Notes: generated from the sequence alone by a model not told the origin. DNA of 64,000 nt from Geosiphon pyriformis uo1 (GCA_016748015.1 JAAOMT010000112.1:67382-131381); one strand, 5' to 3'. Counted from the stretch's first letter, positions 14,301-28,976 are shown. Program-made: numbers and translations.

Positions 14301-17062
14301 GAAAAAACGTTATGAGTAATTCTATTCATCAACTTGATTCTGATTAAGAAATTTACCTGGCCTAATTCTTCAACTAGACTACTCGTTCGGCATAAAGCAG
14401 GGGTATCCGTTTTTTCATAATACATATCCAAATCAGAATTAATAAGAGAAGCTTGTTGATATTTGACGACTTCCATGGTAACGATCAAACTAGAGGGACA
14501 ATAATTCAAGAAATTAGAATCATTAATTATTCATGCAAAACCCCAAAGTATCACAATGATTTAGCCACCTAATGGGAATGAGATTATTGAACAAAATCAG
14601 GAAAGTAAGGATGCTATATCCAAATTGTCCCAAATAACCGGTTTCTGAGGAAATATTTAAATACTGCATTTGGTCGTGATATCTCAACTGTTCAAGATTT
14701 TGGAATGCAATTAGTATATTAGTCCAAACGATCCAAATTTTTCAACTCAAAAACAATAGTCTCAACTAATTGAAAGTTACCGTTCTTGCTACATTTCCAA
14801 TCGAACATGCCAAGCTCATGATTAATAGTATCCCGAACAAGAAAATAATTTGTACATTGACCATTTTTTCAACACTAGTTCTTTTGATGGGCGTAGCGCT
14901 ATAGCCAATACTGTTTCAGTCAAAATTCAAAGGGAAAAAATTCACCCAAGAAATATTATATAAATAAAAACCTTGCATTTCTCATTAACTTTGTTTCATG
15001 ACCAGTGAATACAACCACACCATAGATCCACCGCGTATTTCTTAATTGAGCTCCCTGTTTTGGAAAAAATTCATTCAATATATGAAATCAAGCTAACCGG
15101 GCTTTTAAATCAAGCTTTACACACTCTGAGTAATAATTGTGATGGATCCAAAGGAATTTGCTTACTGCCACCAGGTGTATTTATGATAAGAGTTCCTTCG
15201 TAAGTATACAAACTATTATTGGGATTCTCAGATTTAATATGACCTGCAAAGATAATATAGGAAGAATTAAAAAGGAAAGAGAAGATAAAATTCTCTTCCA
15301 ACTCCTCCCGTAATTATACCCTGAGTACATATAGAAACAAAATTTACCGGATAGCTGGCTAATATCTGCGGAGGATGTTAGGTTAGCCGTTTCGGTTGTA
15401 GCCTGTTTGATTTTGAGATTTGTTTCGCTAAAAATTGATTGGCATCAAGTAAAACTCACAGATTAATGAGGAACTCAAGAAAAAACCATAAAATCTCCAG
15501 TTTTAATTAAGTGAAAAATCCTGAATAGATTATGCTCATATGGTTCGTTACATTCAAGATTTTTTACCAAAAGACTTAGTGATTTTGAGTCATTTGGTGC
15601 TACATTTTTCAATACGTTCGGTTGTTTGAAATGTGTCTTAGGAGGCGATTATGACAACGTAATAATCCGTACACTCCTGGGACAATAAAAGATTGGTGCG
15701 CCTTGGAAGGTGAAATTATTTAAATCAAGAAAATATAAGATTACCTACCCATCCAAATTGCTTGTTTCAATGTAACATAAACCTTCAGGCTCGGAGCTAC
15801 TAAGCAATACTAAATCTGCGGGGAAAAAATCTGCTCCTTCAACTCGGACAATATCGCCCACTTTGACCGAATACCAGGCTTTGTCAGCAAAATTATTGCC
15901 TTGTAATGCCTTACAATCCCGAGCGTTGACTTCTGCATCTGACCGATGACGTTTCTTTTGAACCATACCAAATCAGATACTTTTAAAATTTGATAAAACA
16001 AATTGGCTGAGAAAAATAAGAACTCACATAGTCTTCAACTATTTCCTTAAATCCAGTAGCTGCCAAAACGACCAACAAAGGCCCTAGAGTGGTGTATCGA
16101 TTGGTTGGTGAAACCCCATTGATTTGCTAGTAAGCCCAAATAAATGCAAGAAATTTTTAGAACAATGTACTGAAAATTTTTAAACCTCTTGTAGTTGGGA
16201 ATCTTGCTCATTCAAACAGAATCTTGGCGACTGCCAGATTATGTTCAGGCAAAAAATCTTTTTTGTATTGAATAAAAACTCGGATATTGGTAAGCCCATT
16301 AAATCAAATGTTGTAAGATAAGAAAATCTACACTACCTGGATAGAAGCTTAATGAACAAGTTTTATATGAAAAATAAGGGGATCAAAATAAATTTGATAT
16401 TAATTTAAATGGCCAAAAAAAACCCCACAATATCTGCACTAAATACCTGTAAATAGAAAAAAAAGATTAGCATATTTAGAGAATTGCTCGTACAAGAATT
16501 TAGGAAGGAAGGTGGCAAAATTATATTTCGCGGTTGATATACTGTTGTGCAAAAACTTTTGCTGATCATTCTTTGGCGGATTATTAAGGTATATAGTACG
16601 TCCCACGTTCTCGTTGTTATTTCCACCTCCACCAGTTCTTTCAGGCAAAGTTTTTACCCCTAATAGTTCATTTGTTCCCATTGAAGGGGTAGGGGATACA
16701 TTGGCGGTTAGGGGTAGATTTGCCTCTGATAAATTCGACATTTTGGAAATCTGACGCATAAGTCCGGCCGAATCAGAGTAAAAAGGTTCTTCCTCTTCGT
16801 CTTCTAAATTATTATCGTTATAATATGGGTTGAAAGAGGTATAGGTTAAAGAGGATCTATTGCGGTTCCCTTGCGTTGAATATGTAGGGCGAAAAGATGG
16901 TGTAACAGCTGGTTGCAGATTTTGCGGAGGCTGAGATATTGGGGCGTTATAAAGTGTATGCGTCTCAACGTTCGTAAGATCGCTGAAAGGGTCGAGGTGG
17001 TTTTGCGGTGTGTGGGTATTTGAATTCTCGGTAGAAGGGCTTATGTGGTTGAAGTTTGACAT
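11374..17062 (-). CDS. DRS2: P4-type ATPase phospholipid flippase Drs2/ATP8A (many exons)
   Basis: [85 protein letters not shown], and C-terminal RGFAFSQ...RAYDTT. Likely start is MSNFNH at 17062; stop at 11374. Confidence 0.96.
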
Positions 17063-18355
17063 TCTGCTTGTTTGCAGAATATGCCAGAACCTCGGATATG
17101 GGTAAACAGATAACAGCAAATCCTGTAATATTCTCACCTTGATTTTGATAAGTCACAGTAGAACCTGCAAAAGCCAAACCTAAACCTCTCTCAATTAAAC
17201 AAGTTTTTATATCATATTTTTGGAAATTTTTATTACAAAACCACACACTTATAATTTTATTGGTTAAATAAAAAATAAAAAATTTTATTCATAATAATTT
17301 TCAATATTGTAAAATATAAAATTAATTAAATATAAACAATAAAAAAATCAATTTAAATTAACTTAAATAGAATATTTATACATAAAAAATAATGCCACTA
17401 TGTTTATTTTTTGATATTGGCAAAAGAGATAAAAAACTGGCTTCAGAATATTATTACATATTCGTAAATTATATTTAATAAAATAATAAAATAATTAATT
17501 CTAATTATTATAAAAATTGTCATAATTGTTTTTATTAAAACGTATAAACATAATTTTTATTTATATTAACAAACATTTTTTAAGCAAAAATTTACTAAAA
17601 ATAAATTTTTATTATATTATGAATATATATACAATTATTTTTTAATTTAGTTCAATTTTTTTGTTTATAAATTAATCTTGTATAATACTATTATTATTAA
17701 ATTTGAATTTATTAAGATTACATTATATTAAAAAAAACTTTATTTTTCTATCTTATATATATATATTAGTTTAAATAATTTATATTTTTTATAAATTTAT
17801 TTAACTATTATTTGGTTTTTTATTATTTTTAACCAAAGTTTTAAAGCATTATTAATTTATTGAATATGTTTTTATTTATAAAAAATTTATTTTATTATTT
17901 ATATTATTATTATTAGATTAAAATTATTTTTATACTTTTTTATAAAACTAACATAATTTTTATATATACAGTCAGACCTCCATAAAAGAACCCTCGATAA
18001 AAAAACAACCTCTTACAAAGAACATTTTTTTATAGAACCAATTGATTAATTAACAATTTTCCCTTTATATAAGAACAATCTATAAAGGAACAAGAACATA
18101 ATTTTATCAAACGTTTATTCGAAATTTACCTTCATATAAGAACAAATATCACGTGCTAGATGTTAATTGGTAATTGGAAAAAGAGTTAGAACGTATTGAA
18201 TTGATTTCATCCTAACTTTTTTTTAAATCAATTTACTCTTTTTGATCTTGTCTGTTTTCACGTACAGCCACTTAGCTCCAATTCAGGCTTGCTAAAACCA
18301 AATCTAATATTATCATTATAAGCACATTTTCTAACAGACTTGCTAAATTATCACA

Positions 18356-19665
18356 ATGTCGGAACCTTTATTCAAAAAACAAAAATGAGCAGCAGTTAAT
18401 GATGCTCTTCGTAAAGAAATATGTCAATATTCCAAAAATCACTATGGCACGAAACATGATGATATTGTAGCTTACTTCAATCATAAATATCCAGAACTTC
18501 ATATTTCTCGTCCAACTGTCTCCAAGATAATCAAAGAGCATGCAAAGTGGTTGAATATTGAAATTGATGAAATCTCAGAAAGNNNNNNNNNNNNNNNNNN
18601 NNNNNNNNNNNNNNNNNNNNNNNNNNNNNNNNNNNNNNNNNNNNNNNNNNNNNNNNNNNNNNNNNNNNNNNTCTTGCTACAAATTCAACTGGATCTCACA
18701 AATTGCAACCTTTAGTAATTGGACATGCAAAAAATCCAAGATGCTTTAAAGGAATTAATACTTCCAACCTACCTGTAATTTACAAATTCAATTCCAAAGC
18801 ATGGATGCGCTCAGATATATGGAAAGCATGGCTCAAATATATAAATGAAGGCTTTCGAATTCAAAATCGGCATATATTATTTTTGGTTGATAATGCAACT
18901 TCTCATCATACTCAAATCGGGGAAGATTCATTCCAATTAACCAATATTACTTTGCACTATTTTCCTCCAAATACAACATCACATCTTCAACCAATGGATG
19001 CTGGCATTATCAAATCTTTCAAAGGCAAATATAAGCATTTATATTGTCAACATATTTTACATCAATTTGAACAAAAAATTAATATTGAACAGTTAAGTAA
19101 TATAATATATACAGTATTATTATCATTATATATTATATAATTTTATCTAATATTAATTTATTTTTTAGAAATAAATTAAACATAAAACAAGCAATTGATT
19201 ATGTTGTTCAATCATGGTTTCAAGTAACACCTGTTACAATTCAAAACTGTTGGCAAAAAACGGATCTTTTCTATAATCAAGAATTCGAAACATCAATTGC
19301 TATGGACATATTCAACAATTTACAACAATTGGTCAAAAATCTCGAAGACTATACTGTAGCAGTTGATGAATTATTGGCAACTGAAAATATTCTTGATGAT
19401 AATGAAATTGTAGATATGGTTTTAGCCGATGCTCAAATTGAAACCAATACAATTAATGACTCGGAAAAAGAATTAGAAGAATCTCCACCTGCTATAATTA
19501 CAATTACAGAAGCATATAAAGCATTAAGAAAGGTAATTAGATTTGAAGAGCAATTAGCAAAAGAAAATTTTAGTATAGAAAACCAAAATTTACTTAGAAA
19601 AAAATTATATGAATACGAAAAAATGAAAAAAGATTCTAAAAAACAGGTAACAATTAATCAATATT

Positions 19666-19703
<38 letters not shown>

Positions 19704-19715
19704 TTATTGATTTAA
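18356..19715 (+). pseudogene. CENP-B/DDE_1 (Tigger-like) transposase, disrupted, with assembly gap and a probable intron
   Basis: HTH-like N-terminus (...SRPTVSKII), PLVIG.AKNPRCFK, KAWM, LVDNATSH, PPNTTSHLQPMDAGII, and after an AT-rich intron-like segment (~19095-19168) W..VTPVTIQNCW. Early stop and N-gap at 18582-18671. Confidence 0.85.
18582..18671. other. Assembly gap (N run)
   Basis: Run of n. Confidence 0.99.
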
Positions 19716-20414
19716 TAAATAAATATAGTTTATTTGATAATAATTATAAAACTTTATAATAGAACATCTTTAAAATGGAACATAATTTGCATGTTCTAAC
19801 TGTGTTCTTTTATAAAGATCTGACTTTATATATAATATTTTATTTTATTTTTATAAGAACCAAAAATAACTATATTGCTAATTTAAATATTGTTTTATAT
19901 AAAAACTTTAAAAACTTTCAACAATTTAAAAATAAATATAAAACTTATTTTTTAAATATTTATAACATAAAAAATTATTTAATTGTAATTAATTTTAATA
20001 AATTAATTTAAATATAAAACATACAGAAAAATTTTATAATTTAATTTGTAATAATTTAAATATATAATATTATTTATTTAATAAGTATAATTTATTATAA
20101 TATAATTAAAAAAAATCTTAAAATAAATATAACTTATATTTTTTTTTATATAATTAACTATTAAGTTTAAATTTTGTTAAAATATTAAAATTAATTAAAA
20201 AATTAATTAAAAATTAAAATATTATTATAATTAAAAATCATAGTTTTTATTAATTATTATATATTATTATAAATAAACTTGATAAGATAAAATTACAACA
20301 TTTGGTGCTTATAATTTGAAAATAGAAACTAAATTTGTAACTTAGAAAGTTACTTAATAATTCTTAATAAAATAGTTTTTGTTCATAAATTAGTCTATTA
20401 ATTTCTAAAAGTTA

Positions 20415-20713
20415 ATATTATTTAAAGTTTTACTCATTGAATTTTTTAGTTATAAGGCATAAAAAAATTGTTTTAGTTATTGTGTTATTATATTAGTGTT
20501 TTTTTTGTGTTAATTAATTATAATTGTTAGAATTTAATATTGTCTTTTTATTTTTTTAATAAATTAACAAGATAAAATTAATATTTAATATATAAAAAAA
20601 TCTCTTTTTTTATTAGACTATTATAAAATCTAATTCCAAAACAGTTGATTTTTAATGTTGCTGCTTTTTAAAAAAAAATAACAAAAAAAAATAACAAAAA
20701 AAACAAAAAAAAA
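20415..20713 (+). mobile_element. Decayed 3' fragment with A-rich tail of the same non-LTR family as 1-337; tail-to-tail with LINE-A
   Basis: Inverted homology to 85-337; A-rich tail at 20670-20713. Confidence 0.6.
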
Positions 20714-21907
20714 TTGATATTTTATTTTTTATTTTTTTTTAATTCATTTAATGAGTGAGGTTCAAACACAGCCTAGTATTATACATCAAAGAAATGATCT
20801 AAACTAGGTGTAAATCATGCATTTTCTACATGTGACCAGTCATTCGAGCTGATCAGAACAACACTATGCAGTTATGTAAACTGAGACTAAACTACTAAGA
20901 CCTGAAAAAAATGAACAAGACTTGTAAGAACCAAAACATATACCAAAAGCATCAGTCACACTAAGCAGTTTCACCACACCAATAGGAAACCTCAAAGGCA
21001 AACCAGAAACCAAAGTGATAGCCAAACCATCAAGAAGGATCAAACCATGCTTTTCCATATAGGCATGGTGTTTAGCACAAACCAGCCAAACATCATTTCT
21101 AAAGACTAAACTAAGAAAGCACAAAAACTTAACAATTTTCAGACCAGCCAATTTGGAATTGCGGAAGACAGATATGGCCTTTCAGAACCAATCATTAAAA
21201 ACAAAACTCTTGAAAAGAGCCATATACACAGAGGAATTAGAAGTGCAAAATAACAACAGCTGCAATACACATGAAGAAGCATGATCAGAACCAGAAAGTA
21301 TTCTCTAAAAATTCACATGGGAGTCCAACGACTGACAGTGAACAGACTTGTCAATTCTACAAGAGAATGCATGATCTGATATCTCCATTTCACCACAATA
21401 TAAGTACAATACACTGGAATAAAGTTTATTATAAAAGCACTTCCGAACAGCAACAAGCAGGTGGTGATACAAAGTCTTTATGAAGTAAGTGCATACATAG
21501 GCTGAGAGCCTGCTAGTAAAACCAGTAGCCATGTGCAAATCAGAATGTCACACCAATGAAGAGTGGACCCAGTCAGTTTCAGAAAGCAAACAGGTCTCCA
21601 AAAACTTGCAACCAAAACCAACCTCCCAACGTGTATGACAAACAGAACAAAAAATATTATGAACAAAGTGTCTAGAATTGCCAAAAACCATATTACTATC
21701 AGCCATAATAAAATGTTCATTCACGTGTAAAGGAAGACACCAACCCAAAAGAGAAGCAGTACCAGCAATCACATCAGCACACTCATTCTCCAAAACACTA
21801 GAGTGACTTTTCACCTTGTGCCAACTGATTCTCAAGTTCTTACTATGAATAACATTAAAGATATGTCAATATTCAATCCAATATTAATTATGAAAATCAG
21901 GAACCAC

Positions 21908-22897
21908 TGTTACTAGAGGTTTTTGGTCTCTTTTCTTAAATGTTGTAACTGTCTGTTGGTTGCAAATTCATGTTTTCTAAAAGTAGTTGAACCTCCAATA
22001 ACTGAACTATTCTTCAAATTATCTCCTATAATTTGAACTGCTGGGCTTATAAGTGGAATAGCCAATTTTATGCCAGTTACTTTATGCAGTTACATTGTAG
22101 TAAACGTCAACTCTTTCCCAGGAATTGCTTGTCTAGAAGCTCACTAAAAATGTGTAGTTACTTTGCTGTGAAAATCAACTCTTCTACAGAAATTTTGTCT
22201 ATAGGCTATCCTAATAATTGTAATAAGAAAAGAAAAGAAAAATAAAAGAAATATAAAAGAAATAGAATTTTGTCAAGGGAAACGTTTTTTATCCAGGTCT
22301 GGAGTCACTAATAGTTTTACTGAAATTGGTAGTTAATTAATTTCAAAATGTTAGTTGGATTTTGGGAATGTTCCAAGTGTAATAATTAAAAAATTTGGTT
22401 TTTTTAAATTATTTGATATTTTTTTTTTGTGTGTATAGGAATGGTTCTAAGTAATAAATCTAAAATAAGATATATTTTCTTGAAGAGAAAAGCTCTTTTT
22501 TTATATAACTTGTTGTAGTACTAGTCTATGAACTTGTACTTTTTCTCTTTGCTCAAATTTCGGCAAATTAAAGATATATTTTGATGAACTACAAGTTATT
22601 TCATTGAACTATTGATTAATTTGGGTGAACTATTTATAATTTCGGCAAATTTCTTATAAATTTCGGCAAATTTCTGTAAAATTCGGTGAACTTTTGAATA
22701 TTACAAAGTTCAGGGTATTGTGTAATTTGATCATTTTACTTTTTGTTATACTAATTGGATTATTTAATTGAATTGTGATATGTGATAATTGATTAAATAA
22801 TAAATGATAATTTGAAATGATATTAATATACTAATTAATTATAGAAATTATAAGGGTAATTTCATGCTAATTAATAGCTAAAATTTTATTGGTAACA
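21908..22897 (-). mobile_element. Solo LTR (~990 bp) related to the Gypsy-2 LTR family, inserted in the LINE-A RNase H domain
   Basis: TGTTAC...GTAACA termini; TSD CCAC (21904-07) / CCGC (22898-901). The first ~650 bp are strongly similar to the LTRs starting at 40678 and 50483. Confidence 0.92.
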
Positions 22898-25800
22898 CCG
22901 CCAAATCCAATTTCAACTTACAAGCATCCAAAGCAGATTGACTGTCCGAAAACAAGTGAACAGAACTAGACAAGGGAACACACTCCAGAGCCAGCGCAAT
23001 AGCCTGCAATTCCACCAGTGTAGAAGACATCAAATCTGTAACACCAACACCCAAACCCAAACCAATGTTCTTGAAGAATGCAGCAGCACCAACATTACAG
23101 TTGACTGTGCCAAAGTTCTTCAAAAACCTGTCAGTGTACACAGACAACATGCTAGCATCAACTTGAGAAAGACAGTTGCAAATAGATACACAATCACTGG
23201 ATTTAAGAATGTTCAAAGAACCAGTACCACACAAAGCCATGGAGCAAATCAGAAAGGCAGATATATTGTTAAGAAATACAGTAGACAACTTGAACCAATT
23301 AGGAATAGGGCCACGGGGGTCCAACCTTTTCTATTACTTAAAGGTGTACCAATTGAAGACAATACCATAATGATCTCGAAGTTGCTCTACATATACAATA
23401 CTATACTATTGAAGAGAAGGAAAAAATTTGATAAATCTTGACTCACCCAGAACAGCAGACATGAGCATTCTATCATAGAACTGAAAAGAATTGGCCAAGA
23501 GGCCACTCAGAGATAAATTACAATCAAAAAGAATACAAACCATGTCTGTCAGAAAATTATTAGAAGCATTGACATGAGTATAAACAGAAGAAACCAATAG
23601 ATGAACAGAGTGCCAGCACCAAACTTGTAGATTATGAGACTGGTGAGAAAACAACCAACCCAAAATTCCACCAGAGTTCACAAAGCCAACAAGTGAAGCA
23701 ATCTTACTCTCAGACTGGATTTGCAAAAAAGATTTCAAACCATAAAAGGAAGGGTGGTAAATGGTATTATTAAGAAAGTTAAATGATAGACCAGACTTGA
23801 GCTTTAAGCCTTTATGAATTAGGGCATCCCATTTGTTGTACACACTAACAGGAACAAAGCTAAACTGTATTTTGTAGCTGACAATAGGGTGAAAAACCAC
23901 TGATACTAAATATAAGAACTGCTTATCTGACACAGCTTTTCTCAGAACCTGATTTGTAAAAAATCTGACATCCAAATGCACCTTGGCCAAACTAGGTTTT
24001 GAAAGACTCTCAGTCAAAAGAAAGATACTCAAATACCAATAAAATTCCCCTTTTTTGGCAATAGTGATGGAAGAGCCACTTATAAAAAAGGATGGATTGC
24101 TGATTCTGCTATTGATGAGAATGGCCACTGTCTTTTCATTATTAATAGAAATGTCATTGATCTGGAAAAAATCACTAGCAACATCAAAAATGTGTGTGAA
24201 TAGTATTTCAACTGCTACCAACCTAAATTGTATCATCAACGAAAGCACCAGCAGCAAAAAATGAGAAAAATCCAGCCCAAGATTTAGTACAATCACTCTT
24301 GGAGATAAAATGAAAATTGATCCTGTATCCACACACACTCTCTTGGCATTTGATTTTACATAACAGAAGATCATAAAACACATGCCATAAAAGGGGGGAA
24401 AAAACTTCACCTTGGTCCAAACCATCATGTATACAATAACCATCTGTCAAACCAAAATTTGTTATGATCCAGTTGATACGACCCTTATGAATATTACCAA
24501 AAAATTGAATGAATCTGTTACACATTTTAATCCTGACCAAACTTTTCCTAAGATGATCCCAGCCAACAGAATCATATGCCTTTCACATGTCCTGCAAAAC
24601 CAGTCACAGCTCCCAGTTCTTCTCCAAAGCATCCTCAATGACTGACTCAATTGCAAAAATAGGAGACTAAGTCATTGTACCCTTCAAAACCAAAAAATTG
24701 TCTCCATGAAGAACATCAAAAGTACTGCAAGCTGAGGAAATTCTATTAGAGAGAATCTTGGAGAGAATTTTATGAACTGTTTCAATCAAAGCAATAGGAT
24801 GAGTATTTGTCAAAACACCCTTCCACTCATATGGTTTGGGAATTATCAAGACCCAGGCTTTTTTCCAAGGATTTGGAACAGATTCATCAGACAAGCAGCA
24901 GTTCAGAAGCACTAAAAGCATGTCCAAAATAGATTTGTCACAATGCTTCCAAAGTTCATTTGAGATATCCGAAAGACCAGCAGCTTTGCCATCAGACAGA
25001 TTAGAAACCACCTCAAAAAATTCATCAAAATCAATTGAACACATCACACCAGAAAAAGCCCCATCAAAAATGTGTTCCAAGGGCTGATACTGTTGACACC
25101 AATCATCAGAAACATCAGGGACTGTCTGACACTTCTGGGTCCAACTTCCTATAATTGAATCAATCTTAGACTTAACCAAACTAGGCTCCAAAACCAGTTT
25201 ATCATCAACAACCAAATGGTCAAGCACCACTTTGCGAAAAGAACACTCCAACACACTTTTGATAGTATGGTCTTTATCTGTCTCAAAGCTCTCCATCCTT
25301 TTGTCAATAGCAGATTTAATGTTCTTATCTTTAGCTCTCAGAGAATTTGCCAGTTTCAAAGCATGATAAGATTTCCTAGCTTCAGAAAAAGCAGAGTGAA
25401 TACAATCAAAAAATGCACTAGAGTCAACCAAATCCTGAACAATCAAAGCCTTAACTCTGTCCAAAGAACACCAATGCTCTATAAGAGAAACAAAACTACC
25501 AACAACACCTCCATGAGAAGCCCTAACAATCTTTGAAACCAAAAGTTCTAATCTGTGAAACCTCAAAAACCTCTTGGTGAAGATATGATCATTGTTCTTA
25601 AACCATTTCTTCTTGAATATTTCATTAGCCAAAAGTACCATAACTTTTCAAATAACATCCCACATTGTGTCCAAGTCTGAGAACCTTGAAGCTGCAGCAA
25701 ATTCATCTGAGAACATTGCCATGTTAGCCATTGTGGCATCCTTAAAATCATTTCACTTATCAACACCAGTATTTTTAAAATTGAACTTCTACCAATTCCT

Positions 25801-28259
25801 ATTCACATACTTGCAAAAAGAATTCAATCGCTCATTCAGAAGTCTACTCAAACCCACAGACATAAAAACAGCCTAATAGTTAGTATCAAAAAATTCACCA
25901 ACATCAAACACCTTGTGATTCATCACAGTGTTGACCAAGTTCGAAGAGATAAACAAGAAATTGATAGTCTTAGCCATGTTCCGAGAGTTAGCTCATGTAG
26001 ACTCTTTGACATAAGAACTTCTACCCAAAGAATTGACCAAACCAAAATCCAAACATTTTTTGAAACTTATACACTTTTAAGAGCCATCTTCATTAAAGTT
26101 GCCACTCAGAACCACAAAAGAAGATTCATTGATAGTCTTTGCTATCATAGAATTAATATCAAAAGCTTAAAAGAAGCAAACAGCCAGAGACACCCAGCAT
26201 AAAGCCCCAAAATAGACACAGAAAGTTTATTTTTAAATAACAGCTTGACCAAAAGGAGCCAACTAGGCACCTCAGAAATTTTACTAACATGATGAGCCAG
26301 AGAAGAGTCCATAATAATCACAACTTCAGCACCCAGAAATTCTTTATCCAATCCAGATGAAAAAACTCTGATTCCATCGAACCTATTCTTAATCCAAGGT
26401 CTGCCACCAGACCTCAGCTTTGTTTCAGTAATAATCGAAACCAAATTTCCAGAATTTTTATGCCAACGGATAACGTCATTTTGCTTGGCAGGGACATTGA
26501 CACTGCAAACATTACATGTCACAAATTTCCACACAAAGCTACTCATTGGGGAGTAAGAGAAGTTGATGATCCCAAACCAGAGCACAGACGATCCAATCTT
26601 TCCAAAACAGATTCAACTAATATCTCCAAAGCCATAATCTTGGATTCCAATCCACCCATCTTGGTGGTCAAAACCCTAAAACTATTCGAACTAAGGTCAG
26701 TAACCAAGTCAACAACAACTGACAGAGAGAGAGGAGAAGACACAGTTGTATCATCTATAGCCATATTCAAGTCTACATTAATGGCAACAGGAGTGGCAAC
26801 AACCATAGAAAATGCATAGAGACCAGATGCCAGAGGCACCAATTTCACAAAACTCAACTTTTTTAAAATATTCAAAACCTGATCTGCTAAAAGCTCCAAA
26901 GAGTATTCCAAAGAAGCCAATCACTCAACCAAACAGGAATCACCTAAAGAATTTGAAACTAACAGGACAGATTTTACACCTGGAGACATACCAGTACCAG
27001 AAGGATCCGACAAAACCATACAAGAAGAAAGACCTTTAGCCACTTGGGCCCAAGTTTTCCCACTGAAAGAAACTGGGTAAATGATTGAAACCTGCTCTTT
27101 TTATATATATTTGCCAAGCAAATCTGATCTTGAGAAGTTACCACCTGCTTACCACGAGCACCAGAATTCCCACCAACTGAACACACATCAGAAACATGAC
27201 CAAATTGTTCACATTTGATACAACAAGCCAGAAAAAGACCAGCTCACTGCAAACTCATGCTCTTGAAAACTGGAATAGAACCAATTGCAGCCAATTTGGA
27301 TGCTTTATCAGCAAAACAAACTACAGTACATTTGTCACAGACATAAGAACTAGGATTGCAACCAATAAAACAAGTCTTTTTACCATATGAATCAAGCAGA
27401 CTGAACAAATCATGAGCAGTGGTGCCCACAGGTAAAGTATAGAGCAAAGTCCTATGTTGATCCCTAAACACCCAAGATTGTTTATCATTCACAGCTAATG
27501 CCACACGAACCGAATTTTTTTTCATAAAAACAGACCACTTGAAAGCAACTAGACTAGCTACTTTAGGTGATTCAAACTCCACTAATGTCTTCTGCCAAAA
27601 ACCAATCAATTGCATCTTGATTGACACAATTTTACCAAATTTAGAAAAAACTGATCCTATAGCCAATTTGGGAAGATCGACTAGAATCTCTTTGACAATA
27701 ACTTCCCAATTTGAATGGCCACTTACTTTTCTGACATCATTGTTTACCATGATTTTCTCATTAATAGTCAACTTCTTAGCCTTCCTCAAACTCAATTCAG
27801 ATGTGAAAGATGACCTAATAATCTCTGGAAATTTTGAGAGAGTTAAAGCTCCTCCAAAACTGTCCACATGATAGAAAATTCTTTTGACAGAAATTATCTT
27901 ATCACTAATAGTTTTTCCAGACACCATGGAAAGCTCAATATCAAGCACAAATAACTTAGCCAAATCAAAATTATGTTTTTCCGACACATGTGACCCCAAT
28001 GGCAGCAACTGATTAAATCCATTAAATTTAGAAGAAGAAAGTTCCAAGACCAAATCATTGTCACTTATGTCATTAAACAAAGGTGCTTTGGGAAGTTGGC
28101 CCAACACATATGTACATATATGAGTCTTTCTTGGAATTGTTTTGTCCATGTTTTTGTTATCTACTGAATTGTCTGACTCTGCATAATTTATCTCCTCAGC
28201 AACTGTATTTTTTATATTTTTGACATTAGAGAGCCCACTAATACTACTTGCAATGCTGC

Positions 28260-28963
28260 TGTTACAGGATGGTTTTCTTGTTATATTTAATTGCAGATAT
28301 CCTGCTTTAATTGCAATTAGTCTTTTGTGAGTTCTTTAATTCTATTTGTGTGATAATGTCACTGTTACACTGAAGGCTTTCTTTTTACTGTTGCAATGTA
28401 AGTTATTCTTTAATTCTTAATTGTTGTGTGTGTTTATGTACTCCTTCTCAGAGGCTGAACTGAAATCTACCCACTGTCTGCGGTCTTCTCTGAGGCTATC
28501 CTTGCAATTGCCTGATGTGTTTCTCTAATCTAGAAACACAGAATGTTAATGGTCTTTAGCACTTTTCTAATTTTCACAATAAAGCTTTTATCAATTAATA
28601 ACAATGTGAATAATCTTGATCAAGAATTATTCTTTCAAGGGATTCAGTTGATGAATGATAGTTTCATTCAATAAATAATACAAGTAAGTTTCTTAATACT
28701 TTGGGTTGTGATAGTTCTGTTTTAAATATTCTTTTTCATTTCTTTTTGATTTTTAAAGGTTTCTTGGGATATTTAACCTGGTGTTTGCTGCTATGACCAG
28801 TTGGTGTTGGCTGCTATTGTGAACTGGTGCTTGCTACTATCGCGTGATGGTGTTTGCTACTATGTTAATCATTACCTTTCTAAGATTATTACTGTGCTAT
28901 ATTATGATTGAATAGTTTGTATTATTTTTATGATTCTTTTTGCTAAATTCTTAAACCGTAACA
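28260..28963 (-). repeat. Gypsy-1 3' LTR (~704 bp)
   Basis: TGTTACAGG...CCGTAACA; matches 36922-37448 on both sides of the N-gap. Confidence 0.92.
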
Positions 28964-28976
28964 TTATCTCCTCCTT

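Larger units (their letters stand above)
17969..19826 (+). mobile_element. pogo/Tigger-type (Tc1/mariner superfamily) DNA transposon
   Basis: Imperfect 23-bp TIRs (CAGTCAGACCTCCATAAAAGAAC and, as reverse complement of the right end, AAGTCAGATCTTTATAAAAGAAC), flanked by TA at 17967-68 and 19827-28. Internal DDE_1 transposase. Confidence 0.9.

Noticed and set aside
17063-17246. Upstream extension or alternative ORFs at the DRS2 5' end
   Set aside because: They begin at non-ATG codons. The first in-frame ATG is at 17062.
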